Part shown: in pieces, positions 49,083 to 57,736 of the stretch | Numbering within the stretch: the stretch's first letter is position 1 | Layout of the letters: every line of letters starts with the position of its first letter | Translations under genes and position numbers: made by a program | From: a virus | Length of the DNA: 64,000 bases | IMG/VR virus record: IMGVR_UViG_3300032164_000004 | Span: 1-64,000 of that record | Reading direction: 5' to 3' (one strand) | The notes under the pieces: model-generated | What the model was told of the DNA's origin: nothing | Database searches by the model: none | The model's input: the letters and a program-made list of their open reading frames with translations, nothing else

Positions 49083-49288
49083 TTAAGTGTTTTTTAAAAG
49101 TATTTCCTAATTATTCTCCTAAAGAATTTTTAACTTTAGGTTCTGATACTTGCGAAGAATGGGATTCTATTACTGTTATAAGATTAATTATAACTGTAGA
49201 AACTGAATTTGGAATCCGATTTACTTCCGATGAAATGGAAAAGATGGATTCTTTCCAATCATTTATGGAGGTTTTAACAAGTAGATGA
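49067..49288 (+). CDS. Acyl carrier protein
   Basis: 73 aa; WDSI phosphopantetheine site; ETEFGIRF. Confidence 0.85.
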   Translation: MEKKLIKCFLKVFPNYSPKEFLTLGSDTCEEWDSITVIRLIITVETEFGIRFTSDEMEKMDSFQSFMEVLTSR

Positions 49289-50277
49289 AAGGATTAATAA
49301 CAGATTTAGATAATACGCTTTGGGGTGGAGAAGCTGGAGAACAACCAAGTTATTCACTCGATACTACCGGGATGTATTCACAATACCAGAGTTTTTTGAA
49401 ACGATTACATCTTGAAGGTATACTTTTAGGAATAGCTAGTAGGAATAATCATAATCGTATTGTTCAGGTATTTGAACACAATAAACATCATTTTTTACCT
49501 TTAGATTATTTTACTTTACGGCCGAGTTGGGGGCCTAAGTATAAAACTATTACCGAAATTTTAAATACTTGGAATATATTGGCGAGTGATGTGGTATTTG
49601 TGGATGATAATCCTTTTGAAATAGCACAGGTTGAATCTGTGCATAATATCAATACAATATTATTTGATCCTAATGATTTTTGGGGGGTTATTGAAAAATT
49701 ACGAAAGTATTTCCCTAAAAAGGAAAAGATCTTATATGAGGATACTATTCGGGCTTCTAGTATAGAGCGAGGCGTTGAATTTGAAAGAGAGAAGAAGGAA
49801 TTTGATAATGAGGATAAATTTTACGATAATTTAGACCAGCATATTACGGTTTCTTATGATGTGCGGTTTTGTGAACGCTCCTTCGAATTAGCTAATAAAA
49901 CTAATCAGTTTAATATGGATGGTAAGAGATATACTTGGAAAGAATGGAATACATTAGAAGGAATAAGTTTTTCATTATCATATTCGGATAAATTTGGAGA
50001 TTTAGGTAAAATTTTGGTTTGTAGGATAGATAGTTCCGGAACTATTCGTACTTTTTGTATGAGTTGTAGGGCAATTGGTCGTCGGATAGAATATTTTGCT
50101 TTACATTTAGCGTTTGTTATGTTTGACTATATTAAATTTCCTTATATAGCAACATTTTCTAATGCTCCATTTTATAAGTTTATGAGAACGGTATTGATTG
50201 GTGAGGAACGTTTCTTTAATAAAGGTGAATTATATTTACCAAAAATATTAGATAATTGGTGTACTGATGCTGCATAA
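49285..50277 (+). CDS. FkbH-like HAD-IIIC phosphatase/glyceryl transferase
   Basis: DLDNTLWGG, ASRN, FVDDNPFE, KTNQFN, DKFGDLG, MSCRAIGRRIE. Confidence 0.88.
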   Translation: MKGLITDLDNTLWGGEAGEQPSYSLDTTGMYSQYQSFLKRLHLEGILLGIASRNNHNRIVQVFEHNKHHFLPLDYFTLRPSWGPKYKTITEILNTWNILASDVVFVDDNPFEIAQVESVHNINTILFDPNDFWGVIEKLRKYFPKKEKILYEDTIRASSIERGVEFEREKKEFDNEDKFYDNLDQHITVSYDVRFCERSFELANKTNQFNMDGKRYTWKEWNTLEGISFSLSYSDKFGDLGKILVCRIDSSGTIRTFCMSCRAIGRRIEYFALHLAFVMFDYIKFPYIATFSNAPFYKFMRTVLIGEERFFNKGELYLPKILDNWCTDAA

Positions 50278-50737
50278 AGCTACATTAGAGGAATTGTCCG
50301 AGATACAAAAAGGATTTAAATTGTATGTAGATGAAGGACATTTTACATATATTAGGCATGATTATATAGTTAGGTCTATTGAAGCTAAGGAAGTATTTTA
50401 CGATAATGGAGTTATAGCTATTATTAGACAGATGAAACGTGCTGGAAGAATAGGAAATTTTAGATACGGCGCTGGAGCCTGGCATATACATAAATTTTTG
50501 TCTTTGGATAAAAAGAATACTGTTGCTCCATTCGTTTTTATGAGAAATTTTTTGGATGAATATGTTAAATGCGGATTAGTATTTTGTACTGTACATATTT
50601 CAAATTTACTTTCAATTGGATTTTGTAAAGCTATAGGATTTAAAGTTGTTGGTGATATTAGTTGGTCGGATGGTACAATTCCTGGGGTTGTTCTCGCATT
50701 AAATAGATCTGAAGGGTTTATTAGCCAATTATGTTAG
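50267..50737 (+). CDS. GNAT-fold acyltransferase-like protein
   Basis: TVHISNLLSIGFCKAIGFKVVG motif B-like; translationally coupled. Confidence 0.55.
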   Translation: MLHKATLEELSEIQKGFKLYVDEGHFTYIRHDYIVRSIEAKEVFYDNGVIAIIRQMKRAGRIGNFRYGAGAWHIHKFLSLDKKNTVAPFVFMRNFLDEYVKCGLVFCTVHISNLLSIGFCKAIGFKVVGDISWSDGTIPGVVLALNRSEGFISQLC

Positions 50738-51174
50738 AGATACGTGGTAATATTTGGGATTATTGGGATAGTGGGGCGAATATTCTCGTTACTACCAACG
50801 GAACAGTAACTTCTAATAAATGTGCTGTTATGGGGAGAGGTATAGCTTTACAAGCTAGTAGAAAATTCCCACATTTAAAGAGTCGTTTAGGACAACAATT
50901 ATTACATTATGGTAATCACGTTTTTCGTTTTTATGATTTGAAGATAGTAACATTTCCGGTTAAGTATAATTGGTATGAAAAGGCTGATTTGGATTTAATA
51001 GATCGAAGTGCTAGAGAATTAAAGACTTTGTTTCCTGAAGGTTCGAGCGGATTAGATCCTATTTATTTGGTTAGACCTGGTTGTATGAATGGTAAATTAG
51101 ATTGGGAAGATGTTAAACCGGTTTTAGAAAAATATTTAAATAATAATTTCATTATAGTTGAAAGGAATTTATAA
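50731..51174 (+). CDS. Macro-domain (ADP-ribose binding/hydrolase) protein
   Basis: GNIW, VTTN, MGRGIA, FPVK, PGCMNGKLDW. Confidence 0.85.
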   Translation: MLEIRGNIWDYWDSGANILVTTNGTVTSNKCAVMGRGIALQASRKFPHLKSRLGQQLLHYGNHVFRFYDLKIVTFPVKYNWYEKADLDLIDRSARELKTLFPEGSSGLDPIYLVRPGCMNGKLDWEDVKPVLEKYLNNNFIIVERNL

Positions 51175-51516
51175 ATGCAAATGCAAGTGACCGAACAAGA
51201 TATTGAGGATATGTTAAAGGCCAGTAATATCGGTGTTCAGATTATAGAAACTCAATTAAATGGTATTAAAGCCATGGTGGATAATGTTAATAGTTTAGCA
51301 CAAGTTGTTATTAGAATGGAACGCGCCACTCCGAACCCCAAAGAACAAGGAGCTTATGATTTTTTTACTGGATTAACAAAATTCTTAAATGGTCTTGGTG
51401 CTGAAAAGCAATTAGAAGGACAAAAATTGTTAACCACCGTAAAGCAGTTGGAAGAGGCTAAAAGTAGGATTAGTTCGAATATTATTATACCTACTATGAA
51501 TGAAAAAAATCTTTAA
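51175..51516 (+). CDS. Hypothetical helical protein
   Basis: ORF abutting the upstream stop. Confidence 0.5.
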   Translation: MQMQVTEQDIEDMLKASNIGVQIIETQLNGIKAMVDNVNSLAQVVIRMERATPNPKEQGAYDFFTGLTKFLNGLGAEKQLEGQKLLTTVKQLEEAKSRISSNIIIPTMNEKNL

Positions 51517-51522
51517 AAAGAT

Positions 51523-51551
51523 TTGACAATTCTTTTTTAGTGTGTTATACT
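51523..51551 (+). promoter_or_regulatory. Early sigma70-type promoter driving the Y-RNA-like/Ro60 locus
   Basis: TTGACA-N17-TATACT; late-like CATAAATA at 51567. Confidence 0.85.
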
Positions 51552-51578
51552 TGTATAGTAATAAGACATAAATAGTAA

Positions 51579-51648
51579 TGTGATGGTGTTCTGTTCGGTT
51601 ACTTCTTTTATTTAAAAAGCCAAAAAACCGGACTATTTGTTCCTCACA
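51579..51648 (+). ncRNA. Y-RNA-like structured repeat, copy 1
   Basis: tgtga-TGGTG..GTTCGGTTACTTC..ACCGGACTATTTGTTCC-tcaca. Confidence 0.7.
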
Positions 51649-51670
51649 GTAATTAAATAGGAGAATATAG

Positions 51671-52567
51671 ATGCTAGAAAGTAAACCGATCGTTCCTATA
51701 CAACCTTCAGCGGGTGTGTATGGTCCGGAAAGTCTTCAATTGTTTAAACGTTTTAACCGAGATACATACCTCGGCGCGTTTGGTGTACAAGCTCCACCTT
51801 TTAATGTTTCTAAACCAGTGAAGAGATGGTTTGATACGGAAGTATTGTCGGTATGTGTAGAAAATGATAACGATCCTAATGTGGAATTAGTCCAATATTC
51901 GGTATTTGATCGTGATAAGATTAAGAAAATTAATATGACGGTTAATTCGGCATCGGAAATAAATCTACCGGGATTAGTTGTATATCCAAAGTTTGTACCT
52001 GTTCCCACATTAGCGAAGCAATTTATTAATTTTGGTAGTTCTACGATTGTAAATTCTATCAATGTACTAAATATTTGTTCGTATGAAGAAGCCGTTGTAG
52101 TTGCTGCAACTTTGGGTCTTTTAAAAGAATCAGTTTCAGAATCTCGATGGGAAACATTTGGTGAAATTTCGTGGAATGGTGAAACTCGTAGACCTTGGTT
52201 AATTACATTTAAAGGATCAAAACTTCAGGCCGCGTTTTTGTTACAAAGAATATATAGTAATGGTGTAGGCGCGCCTGGTAAGTGGGATATGAGTTCTGTA
52301 GAACCTGTTTGGGTGAGTGATCTCCAGGTGTCTGGGGAACAAGTTCCAGTTGAAGTGCCAATTCCAGTCAGAGCATTAGCTAGTAATGAACGTATTAAAG
52401 TTACTCCATTTGCTGTACAGATTTATAGAACAGATGTTCCTAATCTGTTATTGGATGTACCTCTTGGGGGGTTAACACCGGAGCAAGCTTCTGCCGTATT
52501 AAAGATTAATGATATTGCGGTAAATGTACAAAAATTAGTTGATGTGGTTGTTCCAAGGCTTAATTAG
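51671..52567 (+). CDS. Hypothetical protein (Pro/Val-rich)
   Basis: AGGAG ribosome-binding site; GVQAPP..KRWFD, GVGAPGKW motifs. Confidence 0.6.
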   Translation: MLESKPIVPIQPSAGVYGPESLQLFKRFNRDTYLGAFGVQAPPFNVSKPVKRWFDTEVLSVCVENDNDPNVELVQYSVFDRDKIKKINMTVNSASEINLPGLVVYPKFVPVPTLAKQFINFGSSTIVNSINVLNICSYEEAVVVAATLGLLKESVSESRWETFGEISWNGETRRPWLITFKGSKLQAAFLLQRIYSNGVGAPGKWDMSSVEPVWVSDLQVSGEQVPVEVPIPVRALASNERIKVTPFAVQIYRTDVPNLLLDVPLGGLTPEQASAVLKINDIAVNVQKLVDVVVPRLN

Positions 52568-52572
52568 TTCAT

Positions 52573-52643
52573 AGCGGGTAAGTGGACGGGTGCCATGTAA
52601 GGCTCATAACCTTTACGAGGCCGTTCGACTCGGCAACCCGCTA
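52573..52643 (+). tRNA. tRNA-Met/Ile2(CAT)
   Basis: agcgggt/acccgct, CTCATAA loop, TTCGACT; no CCA. Confidence 0.8.
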
Positions 52644-52650
52644 ATTTTAA

Positions 52651-52733
52651 ATACGTGGTGATTGTTCGATTACATCTAAGGAACTATTCCCAAAAAATAG
52701 TTAAAAACAAAATCGGACTAATTGTTCCCGTAT
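52651..52733 (+). ncRNA. Y-RNA-like structured repeat, copy 2
   Basis: atacg-TGGTG..GTTCGATTACATC..ATCGGACTAATTGTTCC-cgtat. Confidence 0.7.
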
Positions 52734-52744
52734 GTAAATATAAT

Positions 52745-52816
52745 AAGTGTGTGGTGTACTGTTCGGTTACTTCTTTATATTAAAAGTAAAACACCGGACT
52801 ATTTGTTCCTACATTT
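52745..52816 (+). ncRNA. Y-RNA-like structured repeat, copy 3
   Basis: aagtgtg-TGGTG..GTTCGGTTACTTC..ACCGGACTATTTGTTCC-tacattt. Confidence 0.7.
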
Positions 52817-52831
52817 AGATGATCGTAAGTA

Positions 52832-52895
52832 ATAACGTGGTGCGGATTCAGTTACTTCTTGACAATTAATATACTGGATTACTTATTCCCGTTAT
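52832..52895 (+). ncRNA. Y-RNA-like structured repeat, copy 4
   Basis: ataacg-TGGTG..ATTCAGTTACTTC..ACTGGAT..TTATTCC-cgttat. Confidence 0.65.
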
Positions 52896-52914
52896 ACGTG
52901 AATTTGAGGATATT

Positions 52915-54378
52915 ATGAAAATCAATAAAACCAAACGCAATAGAGTTCCGACACCAAGAACACATGGTGGATCGGTGGCGCACAAAATCAACTTTGAAAA
53001 ACAATTGGAGCGTAGTGTTCTTTCTTGTTTCCTTTGGGAAGATCTTCATTATGAAGGTGGCGAAAGTGTAGCTGATCGTATTAAAAATTTGGTAGGTAAA
53101 GTTGATCCGCATTTTGTATATGACTTAGCTGTTCGAGCTAGAACGGAAATGCATCTCCGACATGTTCCTTTATTTTTATTGAGGGAGTTGGTTAGATATA
53201 CGACAAACTCAATAGTCAAAAGGATTCATAGTGGTGATACTGAAGCTGCCAAATATAAGTTTGATAGTGATGAAATTGGTCCTATAGTTCGGGAAGCATT
53301 GCCTCAGGTTATTTTACGTGCTGATGAATTAGCCGAATTTCTTTCATTATATTGGAAGGATAATAAACAACCTATTGCTGCGTCCGTTAAGAAAGGTTTA
53401 GCAAAAGCTTTTGATAATTTTAACGAATACCAGTTTGGTAAGTATAAAGGTAAAAAGGGTAACGTTAGTTTACGTGATGTAATGTTTTTGGTTCATGCTA
53501 AACCGGAAAATTATAATAAAGAAAGTTTGTATGCACAAATCGCGGATAATACTTTGGAAATCCCCGATACATGGGAAGTTGCTTTAAGTTCAGGTAAGGA
53601 TAAGAAAGAAACTTGGATTCGTCTTATTGAAGAAGGTAAACTTGGTGGATTGGCTATTCTCAGAAATTTGAGAAATATGGAGAATTCTGGTGTTCCGTTA
53701 AAAATTATATTATGGGCTATTCAAAATGGTAATTATGATCGAGTTTTACCTTTTAGATTTGTAGAAGCAAGAAAGTGTGTGACTAATCCTAAGATTACCG
53801 AAGTTTTAGATGAGGCTTTGCAGAACACATTAGAACCAGAATTATTTGGTTCTACTTTAATTGTTGTTGATAAGTCCGGATCTATGTGTTCTTCTGTTTC
53901 TAATAAATCAAATACGACTAGATTGGATGCTGCTATTTCTTTAGCTATTATGGGTAAGGGTCTTTCTGAAAAGTGTACAGTTTATGCAACAGCCGGAGAT
54001 GATTTTCGTCGGATACATGCTACAGGATTAGTTATTGGTTTTGGATTTAAACTTGAAAATTCTATTAGAAATGCTAATATTGGTGGTGGCGGCATTTTCT
54101 TGGTTCAATGTTTGGAGCATATCGCAAAAGAAACCAAACAAGCTTATGACCGAGTTATTGTTATTACCGATGAACAGGATTGTGATAAGAAGTTGAAACC
54201 GGAAGATGCTCCAAAACTAGGAATCAACAATTATGTTGTGAATATTTCAGTTGAGAGAAATGGTATTAGTTATAAGAATGGTTGGGAGCATATTGACGGA
54301 TTTTCAGAAAATGTGTTTCGTTATATTGCGGCTTGTGAATTAGATTTTGGATTAAATCATGAAGAAAAATGGAATTAA
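52915..54378 (+). CDS. Ro60/Rsr (TROVE + vWA) RNA-binding protein
   Basis: THGG, LWED..YE, HLRHVP, RADE, LRDVMFLVH, TWE, LRNLRN, LPFRF, DKSGSM, ITDEQ. Confidence 0.92.
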   Translation: MKINKTKRNRVPTPRTHGGSVAHKINFEKQLERSVLSCFLWEDLHYEGGESVADRIKNLVGKVDPHFVYDLAVRARTEMHLRHVPLFLLRELVRYTTNSIVKRIHSGDTEAAKYKFDSDEIGPIVREALPQVILRADELAEFLSLYWKDNKQPIAASVKKGLAKAFDNFNEYQFGKYKGKKGNVSLRDVMFLVHAKPENYNKESLYAQIADNTLEIPDTWEVALSSGKDKKETWIRLIEEGKLGGLAILRNLRNMENSGVPLKIILWAIQNGNYDRVLPFRFVEARKCVTNPKITEVLDEALQNTLEPELFGSTLIVVDKSGSMCSSVSNKSNTTRLDAAISLAIMGKGLSEKCTVYATAGDDFRRIHATGLVIGFGFKLENSIRNANIGGGGIFLVQCLEHIAKETKQAYDRVIVITDEQDCDKKLKPEDAPKLGINNYVVNISVERNGISYKNGWEHIDGFSENVFRYIAACELDFGLNHEEKWN

Positions 54379-54721
54379 ACTAACGTGGAATTTTGATATT
54401 TTTATAGATGGTGAAATTGGTTGCTCTTATATTTCCGATAATGATAGTCATTTAATTTTTTACGGTGATGAAGTAATAACAAAAAGTAAAACCATCACTA
54501 TAATTTTTGATTATCCTTTAGATGGTAAATTTCCAATGGTTTTTAAATCTAGAAATGGATTTACCAGAGCTAAATTTTATGAGTGTGTTTATAGAGGTTA
54601 TCAAAAAATATATAAATCCGAAGATAAGTATGGTGTTTGGGGTCATTGTATTGGTGATTTGTCTCTTGGTTGCGCTACAGAAATTAGTCCTGGTAAATTT
54701 GAACTAGGTATAGATTCTTAA
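54359..54721 (+). CDS. Hypothetical protein
   Basis: DYPL, YGVWGHCIGDL. Confidence 0.55.
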   Translation: MKKNGIKLTWNFDIFIDGEIGCSYISDNDSHLIFYGDEVITKSKTITIIFDYPLDGKFPMVFKSRNGFTRAKFYECVYRGYQKIYKSEDKYGVWGHCIGDLSLGCATEISPGKFELGIDS

Positions 54722-54820
54722 TCCTTGTAGAGTTAGAGTCCTTCTAACTCCTTATAAATATTAGTGTTGCATTTGATCTCTGTTTGTGTTATTATAATAG
54801 TGTACAGTTAAGATTGATTG

Positions 54821-54897
54821 GGCCTCTTAACTCAATTGGTTAGAGTGCTATCCTTACAAGGTAGAAGTTGGAGGTTCAATCCCTCCAGAGGCCACCA
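54821..54897 (+). tRNA. tRNA-Val(TAC)
   Basis: ctatc-CTTACAA-ggtag, CCA. Confidence 0.92.
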
Positions 54898-54952
54898 TTT
54901 ATAATGAAAGAGAGAAATTTCTTCTTAAAACGAGGATGTATTGCGTAAAGTA

Positions 54953-55951
54953 ATGAGAAACAACATAACTTCACAACTTATTTCTAAGGTAAACGTTGAA
55001 GAAGAGTTGAAAAGTAGGATTATTGGTCAAAATGGTGCAATAGAAAAAATTGTGCCATTTATTGAAGTGTATAATAGTGGATTGTCTGTACCAAATCGGC
55101 CAGCAGCCAGTTTTTTTATTACCGGACCGACTGGTGTGGGTAAAACTAAGTTGGTCGAAACTTTGGCAGAAATTATACATCTTGATAAGAAAAATGTTTT
55201 ATTCATCGATTGCGGCGAATATCAAATGGAACATGAGGTAGCTAAATTGATTGGCGCTCCTCCTGGATATTTGGGACATAGGGAAACACAACCAGCAATT
55301 ACTCAACAAAAGTTGAATGCCGTTAAAACGGATAAATCTAATTTAAGTATAGTATTGTTTGATGAGGTTGAAAAGGGTGCTGCTTCTTTGCACAGAATAC
55401 TTTTAGGTATTTTGGATCGTGGTGTTTTGAGATTAGGTGATAGTGGAATTGTTAATTTTGATAATAGTATTATATTTTTTACTTCGAATATTGGATCACA
55501 TCAAATGCAAAAAGCAATGGCTGGTGGATATGGATTTAATAGTGGAAGAGATACTACTAAACAAGTTGGTTTAAGTGAAATGAAGAAAAAGTTTCCTCCC
55601 GAATTTATTAATAGATTGGATGAAATACTATTTTTCAATTCTTTGACTGAAAAGGATATTGAAGGAATTTTAGACTTAGAATTAAACAATATTGTTGAAC
55701 ACATTAAAAAGAGATATAATGAAAATTTTGAGTTATTCCTAACGAAAAATGCTCGGATGATGTTGATTTCAGAGTCATTTTCGAATGAGAGTGGGGCTAG
55801 AGAATTAAAGAGAGTGATACAAAAGAAAATTTTACAACCCATTGCCAAGCTTATTATTGGCGAAAAAGATGGTGAAAAGCAATTTTCTTTGGTAATTAGG
55901 GATAATGAGCTTGTGATACTCAGAGAAAAGGAACAGACAATGAGCGCCTGA
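54953..55951 (+). CDS. Stand-alone ClpA/ClpB D2-type AAA+ ATPase
   Basis: IIGQ, GPTGVGKT, KLIGAPPGYLG, FDEVEK, PEFINRLD, GARELKR. Confidence 0.9.
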   Translation: MRNNITSQLISKVNVEEELKSRIIGQNGAIEKIVPFIEVYNSGLSVPNRPAASFFITGPTGVGKTKLVETLAEIIHLDKKNVLFIDCGEYQMEHEVAKLIGAPPGYLGHRETQPAITQQKLNAVKTDKSNLSIVLFDEVEKGAASLHRILLGILDRGVLRLGDSGIVNFDNSIIFFTSNIGSHQMQKAMAGGYGFNSGRDTTKQVGLSEMKKKFPPEFINRLDEILFFNSLTEKDIEGILDLELNNIVEHIKKRYNENFELFLTKNARMMLISESFSNESGARELKRVIQKKILQPIAKLIIGEKDGEKQFSLVIRDNELVILREKEQTMSA

Positions 55952-56020
55952 TGCTGAAGTAGTCGAAGCGGTGGGCTGCAAACCCACTCTTAGTGGGGGC
56001 GGGTCCCACCGGGCGCTCCA
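55944..56020 (+). tRNA. tRNA-Cys(GCA), atypical T-loop
   Basis: gtggg-CTGCAAA-cccac; T-loop GGCGGGT; CCA. Confidence 0.85.
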
Positions 56021-56026
56021 AGAATT

Positions 56027-56200
56027 ATGGAACAATTAAGTATACCTGTAAATTTACCGTGTGCGGTAAATATAAATGATGATGAAACTTATACCGCACA
56101 ATGTTTATGTTTACCGATTTGTATTTGTGGTGAAACAAAAGAATTGGTAATAGAAGCATTGCGGGCTCATATCCATCAGCATTTGATGATAAATATTTAA
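56027..56200 (+). CDS. HicB-like N-terminal domain mini-protein (57 aa)
   Basis: Manual translation ...YTAQCLCLPICICGETKELVIEALRAHIHQHL. Confidence 0.5.
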   Translation: MEQLSIPVNLPCAVNINDDETYTAQCLCLPICICGETKELVIEALRAHIHQHLMINI

Positions 56201-56202
56201 AT

Positions 56203-56291
56203 GTATGTTTGGCTGAGATAGATAAAAGCGCCAGGCTGTAACCCTGGTCTCCCTCGGGAGTACGGAGGGGCGGATCCTCCAGCATACACCA
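56203..56291 (+). tRNA. tRNA-Tyr(GTA), atypical T-loop
   Basis: ccagg-CTGTAAC-cctgg, long variable arm, T-loop GGCGGAT, CCA. Confidence 0.85.
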
Positions 56292-56334
56292 ACCATATTT
56301 TATTGAAAATAAAGAGGTTAAATAGTAGTTGTAT

Positions 56335-56411
56335 GGTGATTATAACTCAATTGGTTAGAGTGCCAGACCGTGACTCTGGAAATGTGGGTTCGAGCCCCAC
56401 TATTCACCCCA
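56335..56411 (+). tRNA. tRNA-His(GTG), G-1, C33
   Basis: ccaga-CCGTGAC-tctgg; C73; CCA. Confidence 0.9.
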
Positions 56412-56418
56412 AAATTTT

Positions 56419-56832
56419 ATGAGGAAACTTATTCCTATAGATAAGAGATGTTTAGGATGTGGTAAGACATTAAACGTTCGTTCTTTAAAAGAAGAAAGGA
56501 AACGAAAATATTGTCACGTATCTTGTCAGAGGATGCACGATCATAATGATTATATTTTAAAGTGGAAATTGGGAAAGGTTTCTGGTAATAAAAAACCATG
56601 TGGTATTTCGGCATATGTAAAACGTTACCTATTTGATAAATATGATAATAAATGTGCGGAGTGTGGATGGAATCAAATAAATTTAATTACTAAAAGAATT
56701 CCATTAGAAATACACCACATTGATGGTAATTGGAAAAATACTAAGGAAAATAATTTAATACTTTTGTGTCCAAATTGCCATAGTTTAACATTTACGTTTG
56801 GTAGATTAAATTACGGTAATGGTAGAATTTAG
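56419..56832 (+). mobile_element. HNH endonuclease between tRNA genes
   Basis: CAECG, LEIHHIDGN..N..NL.LLCPNCH. Confidence 0.88.
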
Positions 56833-56962
56833 GATAAAAATATGGCATATAAGCACAAGTTAGTTATAGAAACATTATTCAATATGATTTAGGACCAAGG
56901 TGTTTTAATGTTGCTGTTGTAACATCGAATGAAGAAGTGCTAGATATAAAATTAGGCGGTTC

Positions 56963-57038
56963 GCCGGCGTAGCTCAATTGGAAGAGCGCTTGCCTTGTAA
57001 GCAAGATGTTGGAGGTTCAAGTCCTCTCGCCGGCTCCA
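56963..57038 (+). tRNA. tRNA-Thr(TGT)
   Basis: cttgc-CTTGTAA-gcaag, CCA. Confidence 0.93.
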
Positions 57039-57066
57039 TTAGTTTAAATACTGGGTAGTAAATATC

Positions 57067-57210
57067 ATGAAAAAACGAAATTGGATATGTAAGAAATGTA
57101 AAGATGACCATTGCCACGTTTGTGGTAGAAAAATGGATTTTTATAATTTTGGAACTCAATATTTTAAGAGAAATTCTTGGCATTGGGTTTGTAAGGGTTG
57201 TTCAGAATAA
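57067..57210 (+). CDS. Small Cys-rich zinc-finger protein (47 aa)
   Basis: MKKRNWICKKC..HCHVCG...CKGC. Confidence 0.5.
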   Translation: MKKRNWICKKCKDDHCHVCGRKMDFYNFGTQYFKRNSWHWVCKGCSE

Positions 57211-57211
57211 A

Positions 57212-57736
57212 ATGAACACCTGGTTAATAGCTGATACGCATTTTGGACACAAGAATATTATCCGATATTGTGCTCGTCCATTTACAGACGTACATCAAAT
57301 GGAAGATATTATTATTCGAAATTGGAATAAAGTTGTAACTAATGAAGATATAGTATTTCATTTAGGTGATTTTGGTCTTTTTCTTCCTGGTGCTCTTACT
57401 TCCATTTATTATAGATTAAACGGATTTAAGAAATTTTTAATAAAAGGAAATCACGATAAGAGTACTCAACAACTTTATAAAATGGGTTGGGATGCTGTAT
57501 TAAAGGAAGTTACTTTAAAGACTTCTAGTGGACATAAAGTTCTTTTAAGACATAAACCTTTGGATACTAAAATTCCTGAACATATAGATTTTGTTATACA
57601 CGGTCATTTACACGATAAGGAATGTATTATTCCACAACATTTGAATGTGTCTGTAGAAGCTATAAATTATACTCCTATTACATCGGATCACGCCATTAAA
57701 CTTCTTTTAATGAAACAAAGAGTTGACAAAGTTTAG
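57212..57736 (+). CDS. Calcineurin-like metallophosphoesterase
   Basis: DTHFGH, LGD, GNHD, HGHLH. Confidence 0.9.
   Translation: MNTWLIADTHFGHKNIIRYCARPFTDVHQMEDIIIRNWNKVVTNEDIVFHLGDFGLFLPGALTSIYYRLNGFKKFLIKGNHDKSTQQLYKMGWDAVLKEVTLKTSSGHKVLLRHKPLDTKIPEHIDFVIHGHLHDKECIIPQHLNVSVEAINYTPITSDHAIKLLLMKQRVDKV

Noticed and set aside
51579-52895. Mini-CRISPR interpretation of the four repeats
   Set aside because: Units are degenerate, irregularly spaced and covary as RNA helices; no cas genes
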